This document shows, piece after piece, positions 18,074 to 27,619 of a stretch of DNA of 64,000 nucleotides. Within the stretch, counting starts at the first letter, position 1; every line of letters begins with the position of its first letter. This DNA is from a virus. Below the pieces are notes generated by a model, which saw only the letters and a program-made list of their open reading frames with translations, was not told the origin of the DNA and did not search any database. A program made the translations under genes and the position numbers. The DNA lies in the IMG/VR virus record IMGVR_UViG_3300030103_003268, positions 1 through 64,000 of that record. One strand, given 5' to 3'.

Positions 18074-18204
18074 GAGAAGCAATAAACCAATAGCCACACG
18101 ATGTCGTGTGTGTGGCGGGCAACTTATGGTAGCCCATGAAATTAAAAACGAAATCCATGATAAATGTAATAATGACGATAAAAATGTATATATGATGTGA
18201 TATA

Positions 18205-19356
18205 ATGAAACTAAGAATTAAAAAACCAGATGATAGCCAACAGTATTTTGAAACAAATATTACCTGTGCTTCTTTCCAATTTAGAGAAATCATAACGGTT
18301 AATTTTATCCGGTCTTCTAAAGACCCAATCCAAGCAGGACTGGAAGCCTTTTGGAAGAACTTGATTTCTCCTAGAAAATCAAGAAGACATCTCTCTACTG
18401 GCTTCGGATATAAATTTAATCATATTATTTTTATTGAAGGCTGTCCTGTTGTTCTATCAAGAGAAGGCATTCGTTATCAATTAAATGGTAAATCATACAG
18501 CCTTTCAACTATTTGTTCAGCATTAGCAAGAATCACTTTCAAATCATGTTTTGAAAAGAAGCCAGAAAATTTACTTTCTGCGTTGTATTCAACTCTTAAT
18601 TTGCCAGAAAATGTCAAGTATTGTCTTGAGAATCGTGCGCCCTTTCATTTCTTTGAGGACTTTGAGAAACAAGAGGTTCGCTTGAATGTAGTTCAAATTG
18701 ATGATAAGATGCTTGCTATGGAGATAAGTGATGGTATTTGGGGAGAGATAACTCCAAAACAATTAGACTCTTACTGTAATTTTTATCTCCATAATAGGAG
18801 AAAGGGGTCTTGGAAATATCTTTCACCTAAATCACTATATACTAGGCTAATGGGCCGTGAGCCATCGCAGTCTGAATTAAAAGTCATGATTGCTTTTTTG
18901 ATGCAAAACAGAATGCAGGATATTGTAGACGCAAGGGCATTGGAATTAGTGGCTGATATGCTAGTTCAGCATAAAGGTAGACTATCTGCTGAATATGGTA
19001 ATGACGGAGTGTTAGAGACTCTCTTTGTTAGAGGCAAAGATTATGATTGGAAACTTACAAATAATAGATATAAGTCTGGCATTCAAATGGTTTCAACTTT
19101 TGTCTGGCAACCAATTGTTGAAATGGTTAAATCAGAGGAAGATGATTCTTCTTCTAAGATATTCACTGAACCAGATTGGAGAGGGCCAATTTGTATTGAC
19201 AATATGGCCGAAGGCTCTCCATTAGGCGACCAATTTGCTGCAAGAGCATTAGCCCTTCTAAACGACTCCTTTACAATAACAATAGTAAATACAATTAAGC
19301 GGTATCTTGCTGCTGAACCGAATAAATATAGGATTGATAGCAATGATTTGCGATGA
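18205..19356 (+). CDS. Conserved-looking hypothetical protein with a C-terminal GPICID...PLGDQ..ALALLND motif
   Basis: 383-aa ORF overlapping the TFB start. Confidence 0.8.
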   Translation: MKLRIKKPDDSQQYFETNITCASFQFREIITVNFIRSSKDPIQAGLEAFWKNLISPRKSRRHLSTGFGYKFNHIIFIEGCPVVLSREGIRYQLNGKSYSLSTICSALARITFKSCFEKKPENLLSALYSTLNLPENVKYCLENRAPFHFFEDFEKQEVRLNVVQIDDKMLAMEISDGIWGEITPKQLDSYCNFYLHNRRKGSWKYLSPKSLYTRLMGREPSQSELKVMIAFLMQNRMQDIVDARALELVADMLVQHKGRLSAEYGNDGVLETLFVRGKDYDWKLTNNRYKSGIQMVSTFVWQPIVEMVKSEEDDSSSKIFTEPDWRGPICIDNMAEGSPLGDQFAARALALLNDSFTITIVNTIKRYLAAEPNKYRIDSNDLR

Positions 19357-20200
19357 ATGTGGAAGCAACAATAACTCATTTGATGAGATACAAGGCGAAA
19401 GAGTTTGTAATAACTGTGGGCTTATTCTAGTCCAAGAGATGTTTGAAGAAACTGTTCATATTTTAGATACGGGCGGTAATCTAAAACATTCTGCTGATAA
19501 AGGTAGATTGGGTTCTGTTATTACTGGTAAAGGTTCTTACAAATTTAATAAGTTTGGTAAGAATAGTGTGATTCCTCAACACATACAAAATGCTTTGATG
19601 CATTGTAATATGATTTTGTCTCATGTTGCCCCTAACTTGGGTTTGAATGAGCGTGTTGAAAAATTATATCTTGACTTACATAACAAAGGTATTTTTGGAA
19701 GAAGTCAAATTGAAGCGAGAGCAACCGCAGTTGTTTTTTATGCTTTAAGAGAAAACGGAACACCACATACTTTTGCAGAAGTCTCGTCTGAGTTTAATGC
19801 TAACTTAAAAACAGTTAAGAGACTAGTTAGAAAAATCAATCAAGTTTTTAGAAACAAAGCCGCTTATAGTCCTATTAATCCACAGTATCTTTTAGAGAAG
19901 ACACTTAATGAGATTACAAGTGATTTAGTATTTAAAAGACAGACAATCAAAATATTAGAGTTTTTTGAAACAAAGGCCGCACAGAACACCTTCAATAAAG
20001 GAAGGTCATATTATGCGTCAATTGTTTGGATTTCAGCAAACATGAATGTAAATACGCTGATAACTCAGAATCTAATTACCGAGAAAACAGGATTTTCTCG
20101 CTTCAATATTAGAAGACAGACTAAAGCAATCTTATCTATGGTGGGTTTAAAACTAGCCAGCCAAGTGAAAGGAAAACAACTAAGTGAATTAGGTGAATGA
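19343..20200 (+). CDS. tfb: Transcription factor B (TFB/TFIIB)-like protein
   Basis: N-terminal Zn ribbon CDECG...GERVCNNCGLIL, GS B-reader region, two cyclin-like repeats. Confidence 0.85.
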   Translation: MICDECGSNNNSFDEIQGERVCNNCGLILVQEMFEETVHILDTGGNLKHSADKGRLGSVITGKGSYKFNKFGKNSVIPQHIQNALMHCNMILSHVAPNLGLNERVEKLYLDLHNKGIFGRSQIEARATAVVFYALRENGTPHTFAEVSSEFNANLKTVKRLVRKINQVFRNKAAYSPINPQYLLEKTLNEITSDLVFKRQTIKILEFFETKAAQNTFNKGRSYYASIVWISANMNVNTLITQNLITEKTGFSRFNIRRQTKAILSMVGLKLASQVKGKQLSELGE

Positions 20201-20201
20201 T

Positions 20202-20525
20202 ATGTTTGAAAAAGAATGGAATAAAATAGCAAAGAAAGTATATAAGAACGCAGTTAATCATGGGTTTTGGAAAGAAACCCCGAATGATGGTGAACGCATG
20301 GCTTTGATTCATGCAGAAATTAGTGAAGCACTTGAGGCTTTACGGGATGGAAACCCATCATCTTCAAAGATTATTGAATTTAGTAGTCTTGAAGAAGAAT
20401 TAGCCGATGCAGTAATTCGTATTATGGATTATGCCTTTGGCAAAGATTTAGATATTGCAGGAGCAATTCTAGCAAAAATGGAATATAATGAAAGCCGTGA
20501 GTTTATGCATGGTAAAACATTTTAA
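20202..20525 (+). CDS. MazG-like NTP pyrophosphohydrolase
   Basis: LIHAEISEALEALR...EEELADAVIRIMD. Confidence 0.85.
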   Translation: MFEKEWNKIAKKVYKNAVNHGFWKETPNDGERMALIHAEISEALEALRDGNPSSSKIIEFSSLEEELADAVIRIMDYAFGKDLDIAGAILAKMEYNESREFMHGKTF

Positions 20526-20537
20526 GGAGGAATAAAT

Positions 20538-20804
20538 ATGGATGAATTTGAGAAGAAGAAAGAAAGATTGATTAGGCAACATAATCTTTATATTGAGGAT
20601 TGTGAATCAGACATTACATTTGAAAATTTTCTGGTTCTAAACATTTTGTCTCAAGCAGATGAAATTAATTCGCTTATGCAGGAATTATTAAAATTTAATC
20701 CCCCGTATTTAGAAGAGATTGATGAGATAGCCGAAGAGTTTTTTGACACTCTTAAAAAGCAAGATAAAGAAGCAGAAGAAAAATTTAAGGAGGAATATCA
20801 ATGA
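20538..20804 (+). CDS. Acidic hypothetical protein
   Basis: GGAGG RBS. Confidence 0.65.
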   Translation: MDEFEKKKERLIRQHNLYIEDCESDITFENFLVLNILSQADEINSLMQELLKFNPPYLEEIDEIAEEFFDTLKKQDKEAEEKFKEEYQ

Positions 20805-20983
20805 GAAAAGATAAATTAATAACAGGTTTTACTTGTGTTTGTATTGATGGAATTGGATTTGGCCACCAACCAACGGTGGTTAAATGGCATCCAACAGATA
20901 CAACCGCAGAATGTCTTGAATGCCAGCGAGTTTGGGATTTAGAAGTAATTAAATATACAATAGAAAATGGAGGATGGGAATGA
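20801..20983 (+). CDS. Small Zn-ribbon protein directly upstream of E1
   Basis: CVC...CLEC. Confidence 0.6.
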   Translation: MRKDKLITGFTCVCIDGIGFGHQPTVVKWHPTDTTAECLECQRVWDLEVIKYTIENGGWE

Positions 20984-21540
20984 TGAGAAAAATATTAGTA
21001 ATTGGAGCAGGTGGAATTGGAAGTTTTCTGATTCCTACATTAGATAAAGTGGGCCTTTACCGCATTCATGTGGCTGACCCTGATTCGGTAGAAACAAAGA
21101 ACCTACCTTATCAAAACTTTAAGAAAGGCCATGTTGGGCAAAATAAGGCTCAGGTAATGATGGATTCCTACGAATCTGTCTCTACTTTTAGCAAATACCC
21201 AGTTTTGACTGAAAAACAAATGCAGGGCTATGACCTTGTGATTTGTTGTGTTGATAACTTGGGTGTGAGGCGAACCTTATACAACACAACCCTTAAATGG
21301 CTTGACTTACGAGCGCAAGGTAGAAATGCCGCACTTGTGAGTCATAAGGCCGACCCGAAGATGTATGATATGCTCTTAGCCGGAGAAGAAGGTTCATTCA
21401 GTTGCCAAGGGGATTCGTGGGATGGAACAAATAGTAATGTTCATTTTATGCAGGTCGCAATTGCAGGATTAGGCTCACAATGGATTCAAAGATATTTTAA
21501 TAAGGAAGAAGTGAGAGATTATATGGTGGTGAATGTATGA
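20980..21540 (+). CDS. ThiF/E1-like ubiquitin-activating adenylyltransferase
   Basis: VIGAGGIGS, DPDSVETKNLPYQ, GQNKA, CCVDN..R, candidate catalytic Cys in FSCQ. Confidence 0.88.
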   Translation: MMRKILVIGAGGIGSFLIPTLDKVGLYRIHVADPDSVETKNLPYQNFKKGHVGQNKAQVMMDSYESVSTFSKYPVLTEKQMQGYDLVICCVDNLGVRRTLYNTTLKWLDLRAQGRNAALVSHKADPKMYDMLLAGEEGSFSCQGDSWDGTNSNVHFMQVAIAGLGSQWIQRYFNKEEVRDYMVVNV

Positions 21541-22625
21541 GTGAAAGAAATTTTTGGACGGATGAGCAGGTGGCGTTTCTTGTTGTTTGTAGAACAAAAA
21601 GACAAACATGGGAACAGATTGCACTTTCTATGGAAAGTAAATTTGGCTTTTCAAGAAGTCCTTCTAATATTGCTAATAAATATCGTAGTCTATTTGATGG
21701 CGACCATGCCAAAGAATATACGCCCGAACAGTCAAAATTCATTATTGATTGCTATTTGAATCACTTCCAAACAAAAGTGATTCTTGAGGGTTATTTTGAA
21801 CAGTTTGGTCAGACCATTAATCCATCGGATATTGATAAAGTCGTAAAAAAGCATCTAGCGACTGAAAAGAAAGTAGATGCTGAAATTAAAACAATAAAAA
21901 CAAAAATTAAGGAGAGAAAAAAGATGAAAACTAACAGAACGGCCGCTAAGTGGTCAAAAGAAGAAGATGAGATGATTATGGCGTGTAAAAGCCGAAAGGA
22001 AGCACTGTCGCTCCAAATTGGGCGAACACAGGGAGCACTTCGTAATCGTTGGCAAAATTTGAAAGTAAAAGCAAAGGCAGTAAAACCTGTTGAGAAAGTT
22101 TCTCAGCCAAAAAAGGGCGCAAAGCGTGGACGAATGACAAATGTTGAATTAGAAATGATTCGCAATTGTAAAACGGTTGAAGAAGCATTGGCTTTGAATT
22201 TGCGAAAGCCTGAAACAATTATTCGGCAATTCGCTACTTTCAATTCAAAGAAGAAAGAAGTGGTTCTTGCAGTTAGACCTAAGCAAAATACTCATGGAAA
22301 CAAGGGTAGGAAATATACTCCCCGTTGGACAAAAGAACAGGACTATGACCTCATCTTGAACTTTTACGAACTTTCAATTGACGAAGCCCGAAACCGATTT
22401 AATCGGCCATACGGAGTTATCGCAAGCCGCTTAGAAAAGTTGGTTGATAGCACAAAGCCTGAGCATATCTCTATGCTTATGGAGGCTTCAAAGGAAATCA
22501 AGAGTCGCAAGAAGGCACAGAACCCAACGCCCAAAAAGAGCCGCAGAACACTACGCAAAGAGCGAAAGAAGGCTAAGAAAGAGGCTAAGTTGAAGGCCAA
22601 GTTGCAGAAAATCCGAGGTGAATGA
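21537..22625 (+). CDS. Multi-Myb/SANT-like HTH DNA-binding protein
   Basis: Repeated WTDEQ, YTPEQ, WSKEED and WTKEQD units; basic C-terminus. Confidence 0.7.
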   Translation: MSERNFWTDEQVAFLVVCRTKRQTWEQIALSMESKFGFSRSPSNIANKYRSLFDGDHAKEYTPEQSKFIIDCYLNHFQTKVILEGYFEQFGQTINPSDIDKVVKKHLATEKKVDAEIKTIKTKIKERKKMKTNRTAAKWSKEEDEMIMACKSRKEALSLQIGRTQGALRNRWQNLKVKAKAVKPVEKVSQPKKGAKRGRMTNVELEMIRNCKTVEEALALNLRKPETIIRQFATFNSKKKEVVLAVRPKQNTHGNKGRKYTPRWTKEQDYDLILNFYELSIDEARNRFNRPYGVIASRLEKLVDSTKPEHISMLMEASKEIKSRKKAQNPTPKKSRRTLRKERKKAKKEAKLKAKLQKIRGE

Positions 22626-22626
22626 A

Positions 22627-23202
22627 ATGAGTAAAAGTAGCGATTGGGCGTTAAAAGAACAGGAGAAGAATGAAATGAAAGATGAAAGTGAAATTGAACA
22701 AGCAGAATTGGAGTATTTTAGAGAGAAAGCCATCTCTGATATTAAGGAATCCTTTGAAGAGATTCTTGAGATTAACCTTAACTCTTGTAAAGGCCCAAAG
22801 GAAGAACTATTAGATGTTGCTATGCACAACAAAAATTTTCATGAAGTTATTTGGAAGGCTTCAACGGAAACATTACCTCATCTTGAAGTGCAGGTTGTAA
22901 TTGATGGAAAAAACAATTGTTTCGTTTCAACAGGAACGGCTGGCTTTGTTGATTTCTTTGAGCCTCCAATTGGTATGACTCTTCCTATTCGTTGCTGGAT
23001 TCATACTCATCCATTTGGAGCCGCCTATTTTAGTGGAACCGATATTCGGACAGTTTCTATCTGGGAACAGAATATGGAATGTGCATATGTTCTTGGTGGA
23101 ATTGACCATCATGGTTTTTGGAGTAAGCGAGAACCTAAACAATTGGAAATCTATGAAGATAATGAGGAATACAAAATACAAACATGGGGTGAAGAAGAAT
23201 GA
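22627..23202 (+). CDS. JAB/MPN+ (JAMM) metalloprotease
   Basis: Upstream Glu (LEVQ) plus WIHTHPFGAAYFSGTD, matching HxH-x7-S-x2-D. Confidence 0.88.
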   Translation: MSKSSDWALKEQEKNEMKDESEIEQAELEYFREKAISDIKESFEEILEINLNSCKGPKEELLDVAMHNKNFHEVIWKASTETLPHLEVQVVIDGKNNCFVSTGTAGFVDFFEPPIGMTLPIRCWIHTHPFGAAYFSGTDIRTVSIWEQNMECAYVLGGIDHHGFWSKREPKQLEIYEDNEEYKIQTWGEEE

Positions 23203-23513
23203 GAAAAACAATAACAACAGGACAACGATTTAAGTCAATTAAGAAGGGTATTAGCACTGCGTCTAAATATCCAGATAGACCAATGCGAGAAGCCGAAAAG
23301 ATTTCTTTGATGGAAAGAGCCGAGAGACATTCAAATGCTCATCCTAACGACAAAAATACACCAAAGGAAAATAAAGGTGTTCAATGGGCAAAGTCAAAAA
23401 AGACTGAGCGAGATAAGAAATTGAAGGAGTTTTACAAAACTCATGTTTATACTTGGGTTTCTGAAACTAACCGAGCATGGGTCGCTATTCCATCAATGGA
23501 GGAAGAAGAATGA
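23199..23513 (+). CDS. Basic hypothetical protein
   Basis: ORF track. Confidence 0.7.
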   Translation: MRKTITTGQRFKSIKKGISTASKYPDRPMREAEKISLMERAERHSNAHPNDKNTPKENKGVQWAKSKKTERDKKLKEFYKTHVYTWVSETNRAWVAIPSMEEEE

Positions 23514-23917
23514 AGAAGAAATTATGGCAAGAAATGACTTACGAAGAACAGCAAGAGATTTTGGAAGATTTGAAAGGGAGTTGGCCTTCATTCAGATATG
23601 ACCATCCTCGCTCAAGGAATCTGAATACTTGGCGCAACCCTAATTTGGAAGATTTTGTGGCTTATATGAATGCGCCTCTCCATTCTTCTTGGATTCAGTA
23701 CCAAAATGAATATAATCGTTTGCGTCGTGAAGAACGACAAAAAGATATGGTTGGGTTCCTAGAGCATTATTCTAAAACGCAGCCCTTAGCGGCTAAAATG
23801 ATTGAAGATATTTATGCTTCTCCCCGAGACTATAAAACTGTCAAACAGATGACTAAAATGGTTTTAGATTTTTTCCCGCCAAGAAACTGGCCTATTACAA
23901 GAGGTGAAGAAGAATGA
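23510..23917 (+). CDS. Hypothetical protein
   Basis: ORF track. Confidence 0.7.
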   Translation: MKKKLWQEMTYEEQQEILEDLKGSWPSFRYDHPRSRNLNTWRNPNLEDFVAYMNAPLHSSWIQYQNEYNRLRREERQKDMVGFLEHYSKTQPLAAKMIEDIYASPRDYKTVKQMTKMVLDFFPPRNWPITRGEEE

Positions 23918-24132
23918 AGGCTTTAGGTAATTATGCAATAATCAAACTAGAAAACTCGGTTTCTAAATCAGGTATTCAGGTTAAGATTGATAGCACAGGT
24001 GTTGTGCATTCATGTCCTTCAATGCCCGAAGTAGAGGGTAAAACGGTTTTATTTGACGATAGACACCGTTTCGTTACTCACGACGATATGATTATTGTTT
24101 CCGTAGAACATCTATTGGGGGTTTTTGATTAA
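23914..24132 (+). CDS. groES: GroES-like co-chaperonin
   Basis: MKALGNYAIIK, SKSGI mobile loop, G-VV, GKTVLF, LLGVF; upstream of GroEL. Confidence 0.7.
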   Translation: MKALGNYAIIKLENSVSKSGIQVKIDSTGVVHSCPSMPEVEGKTVLFDDRHRFVTHDDMIIVSVEHLLGVFD

Positions 24133-24332
24133 TGTTTTTTAGGCAACAAAAATATAGGAATAAGATTGAGAAGTTTCATAGTTGGGCAACGTGGCATTTA
24201 AATGCCGATAAAGACTTTGTTGAATATGTATTGTATCTGTCCAACATTACTCCAGAAGAAAAAGATTGTAGATTTATTTGGAAAACGATTGAATTGCTAC
24301 TTAGAGTGGAGGAGATTAATTATGATTATTAA
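24132..24332 (+). CDS. Hypothetical protein
   Basis: ORF between groES and groEL. Confidence 0.55.
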   Translation: MFFRQQKYRNKIEKFHSWATWHLNADKDFVEYVLYLSNITPEEKDCRFIWKTIELLLRVEEINYDY

Positions 24333-25845
24333 AGGAAGAGAAGTAAAAGAAAAACTACTACAAGGAATCAATTTGGTTGCTGATACAGTTAAACCAACAT
24401 TAGGGCCACAGGCAAAAACAGTAATTTTACAGGGTAATCCACCAGTCGTCATCAATGACGGCGTAACAATTACAAGGTATGTTTCTCACGAAGACCCTTA
24501 TGTTCAAATGGGAGTTCAATTAGTTCAAAATTTAGCAAGTAAAGCCCAAGAAGGTTCAGGTGATGGAACAACTACTGCTTGTATTCTTGCACAGGCTTTT
24601 TGTAATGAATTGATTAACAATGAAGAAAAACTGACTACGCATGAATTTCACCTTTTGATGGAAACCCTTCGTGAAGAAACAATTAACTACTTAGATAGTA
24701 TTTCAATTGCAGTTGATGATGGCGATATTATGAATGTAGCCACAATTGCAGCAAACAATGATGCTTCTCTTGGAAAATTAATTCAAGAAGCATTTAATAC
24801 AGTTGGCCGAGATGGGGTAATTACCGTTGAAGAATCTAATAACTATCAGACACAATTAATTGTCCGTGAGGGAATGGAAATTCAAGAAGGCTATTTGAGC
24901 CATCTTATGTGTAATACTGAAAGCGGGAAAGTTGAGTTTAATAATCCTGTTGTTTTCATGTCAAACATGAGCCTTCGGCACTTCAAAGACATTATGCCTT
25001 TGCTTGAGTATTCGGCCAGTCAAAGCCGACCTCTTCTAATTATGTGCAAGGGTATGGATGGTTCAGCACTTAACAATTTGATTATGAATCTAATCAACAA
25101 GACTGTTGAATGTGCAGTGGTCATGGCTCCTAATTTTGGTGATGCTCAGATTGATGAATTGTCGGATATTCAATCCTTGATTGGTGGAAAGGTCTTTGTT
25201 GAAGAAAGTAAAGACGATTCAAAACTCTTTACTGAAACTGATTTGGGAACCTGTTCTAAGGTTATCATTACAAAAGAAACGACCACCTTTATTGGCGGAG
25301 AAGGCAATACCGAAGAAAGAATCAAAGCCTTAAAAGAACAGGCACTTGATTTGAAAGGACATGACTTGGCTCGTATCAAATCAAGAGTCTCCCGTCTAAA
25401 GGGTGGAATTGCTACGATTAAGGTTGGTGCATCATCTTCCATTGAAATGAGAGAAAAGAAAGAAAGACTTGATGATGCTCTCCATGCAACAAAAGCAGCC
25501 TTAGAAGAAGGTATTGTTATTGGTGGCGGTGTTCCGTTTATTCGTCTTGCTCATGCTATTGAAGCACCCGAATGGTTTAGAAAATCAGTCGTAAAACCAT
25601 ATCGTGTTCTTTTGGATAATGCTAATTATACTGAACAAACGAGGGTTGTTGAATTTGAAATGGAAAAAACAATTGATGGAACAAATCCTAATTGGGGATT
25701 CAATGCAGTTTCATGTATGCACGAAGATTTAGCAGAAGCAGGTGTCTTTGACCCTGTGAAGGTTTCTAAGAACAGTTTCTTAGCGGCATTATCAATCGCC
25801 CAGTTGTTTTACTCAACAGATGTTGCAGTATTAGTGGAGGAATAA
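24322..25845 (+). CDS. groEL: Group I chaperonin GroEL
   Basis: TLGP, NDGVTI, GDGTTTA, APNFGD, GGIATIKVGA, EKKERLDDALHATKAALEEGIVIGGG. Confidence 0.93.
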   Translation: MIIKGREVKEKLLQGINLVADTVKPTLGPQAKTVILQGNPPVVINDGVTITRYVSHEDPYVQMGVQLVQNLASKAQEGSGDGTTTACILAQAFCNELINNEEKLTTHEFHLLMETLREETINYLDSISIAVDDGDIMNVATIAANNDASLGKLIQEAFNTVGRDGVITVEESNNYQTQLIVREGMEIQEGYLSHLMCNTESGKVEFNNPVVFMSNMSLRHFKDIMPLLEYSASQSRPLLIMCKGMDGSALNNLIMNLINKTVECAVVMAPNFGDAQIDELSDIQSLIGGKVFVEESKDDSKLFTETDLGTCSKVIITKETTTFIGGEGNTEERIKALKEQALDLKGHDLARIKSRVSRLKGGIATIKVGASSSIEMREKKERLDDALHATKAALEEGIVIGGGVPFIRLAHAIEAPEWFRKSVVKPYRVLLDNANYTEQTRVVEFEMEKTIDGTNPNWGFNAVSCMHEDLAEAGVFDPVKVSKNSFLAALSIAQLFYSTDVAVLVEE

Positions 25846-26067
25846 ATATGGATAAAGAAATTGTAAGAATGACTACCGTTTATTCCGATGGAACCATGTG
25901 TATTCTCATCAAAGAAGATGATGGCCGATTAAGAGTTGAATGGAGGGAACGATGATGAAATGCCCGAAGTGTAATATAACTATTATCCCTCATTTTGGTG
26001 GGTATCATATGCGAAGATATGGTATGTGTCAAGATTGTTGGGAATCAAAACTTAAGGAGACTAAGAA

Positions 26068-26466
26068 ATGAAAGAAAAAGCAATAACTGTTGTTTTACCC
26101 GCACCTCATAAAGCAAGGGTTAAGTGTCCTATTTGTGAAGGAAATAAATGTAAAGTGTGTGCTATGACAGGAGAATTAGAAATTGGGGTAGCACCAAAAA
26201 TCCCTATTCAACGGGCGCATATCATTAAGTATGTTGCTGAAAATATGCACACGGTAGCGAAAGAAATTACCCGTAAATATGGTTTAGTGCCTGAAGTAAA
26301 TACTGCTGAAGTATTAGAAGTAAATGGAGGGCAATTTGAAGTTGTTCAGATTTCTAGTCTTGGCGGTGTTTGTTGGGTTGTAAATCGCTTGGATGATTTA
26401 GATACTCCAAGATACTTTACATCAAAACAGGAACTTGATAAGTTTAAACAGGGGTGGATGAATTGA
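26068..26466 (+). CDS. Zn-finger hypothetical protein
   Basis: CPICEGNKCKVC. Confidence 0.75.
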   Translation: MKEKAITVVLPAPHKARVKCPICEGNKCKVCAMTGELEIGVAPKIPIQRAHIIKYVAENMHTVAKEITRKYGLVPEVNTAEVLEVNGGQFEVVQISSLGGVCWVVNRLDDLDTPRYFTSKQELDKFKQGWMN

Positions 26467-26675
26467 CAGATGAATTAGAAGTTAAAGGAACCATAGTCCG
26501 TAATGCTGAACTGGACTGTAAAATAAAGCGTGGTGTCTATTGGAATATAGAGGTCATGGATATTCGTTGGTATCGTAATGACAAACCAACGAATAAAGGC
26601 ATTCGTTTGAATGTTGATGAAGCAAAATTGTTATTACAAATTTTAAGGAGAGAATTAAATGAAGAGAGTAAGTGA
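26454..26675 (+). CDS. PC4-like ssDNA-binding protein
   Basis: VMDIRWY...KPTNKGIRL. Confidence 0.8.
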   Translation: MDELTDELEVKGTIVRNAELDCKIKRGVYWNIEVMDIRWYRNDKPTNKGIRLNVDEAKLLLQILRRELNEESK

Positions 26676-26922
26676 TGTTCAATCAAAGATAAGCCTACGG
26701 GCAGCAAATGAAGATAGGCAATATGGGCATAATGCTGTTCCTAGGTTTGGGACTTGTGCTGGTAAGATTATTGATTTGTTTGCTACCTATGTTGAAGAAA
26801 GTATGACTGTCCCACCTAAAGGTGGAAGAGGTTGTAGAGTTCAAAAAGAACATATTGACCTTTGTTTCGGTAAGTTTTATCAGGCTATGAGAGAGTTTAT
26901 GGATGGTGAAAAAAATGAGTAA
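26659..26922 (+). CDS. Hypothetical protein, possible divergent histone fold
   Basis: Three-helix pattern ending GCRVQKEHID. Confidence 0.6.
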   Translation: MKRVSDVQSKISLRAANEDRQYGHNAVPRFGTCAGKIIDLFATYVEESMTVPPKGGRGCRVQKEHIDLCFGKFYQAMREFMDGEKNE

Positions 26923-27036
26923 GGAATACAATGTAGGTGTTAGATACGATATGTTAATTATGTGGTTGATGAAAAACCATGATGAAGTATTTGATGAATG
27001 GATAGAATATATTTGGGAAAAAATGGAGTGAAAAGA

Positions 27037-27390
27037 ATGAATAAACTTTATTTGATTACAACCAACAATAAGAAGTTTGATTCTTGGTCTAAGCAATTGA
27101 AGAAGAACCTCAAGGGACTAGCCCTTGACCACTTCAATTCAGGATATAATGATACTGTTAATGGAAACTATTTGGCGAGAGCCTCTTTTGTCTGCTATTG
27201 GGAAATCTATTCTAATGATTCTCTAGCAAGATTAGCACCAGCGATTACTCAAGCATCATTGATTCATATGTTGCATAGATTTATGGAAATGCAAATGCAC
27301 GAAGAAGTAAGAGTCGTTGAGCAATTAATGATGAATTTCTTACGGCTACTTCAAAGACTAGAAGGAGAGGAAAACAATGAAGAGGAATGA
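27037..27390 (+). CDS. Hypothetical protein
   Basis: ORF track. Confidence 0.7.
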   Translation: MNKLYLITTNNKKFDSWSKQLKKNLKGLALDHFNSGYNDTVNGNYLARASFVCYWEIYSNDSLARLAPAITQASLIHMLHRFMEMQMHEEVRVVEQLMMNFLRLLQRLEGEENNEEE

Positions 27391-27619
27391 TTGGGTCTAT
27401 CTAGCAAACGCTATGTGGACTTATTCCGAGAAGAATGAAGGAAGAATCAGTAGACTTCTAAAACAACTGATTAAAGAAGTAAATAACAATAAGGAGATGA
27501 TTGAAAATGACATGGGAAAATATGAGCAGAATGCTACAAGCGACAGACCAATTAACACCGACTCAACAGATAAGTCGGATTTCACGGGACTTGGAAACAT
27601 TCACGACGCAGAAGAGTAG
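27377..27619 (+). CDS. Hypothetical protein overlapping the ligase start
   Basis: GGAGAGG RBS; its 3' part overlaps the ligase in another frame. Confidence 0.55.
   Translation: MKRNDWVYLANAMWTYSEKNEGRISRLLKQLIKEVNNNKEMIENDMGKYEQNATSDRPINTDSTDKSDFTGLGNIHDAEE

Noticed and set aside
20980-21540. ThiF/MoeB as a thiamine or molybdopterin biosynthesis auxiliary gene
   Set aside because: No ThiG or MoaE partner was recognised in the window and the Zn motifs are absent. Disfavoured but not fully excluded, since host partners could be used.
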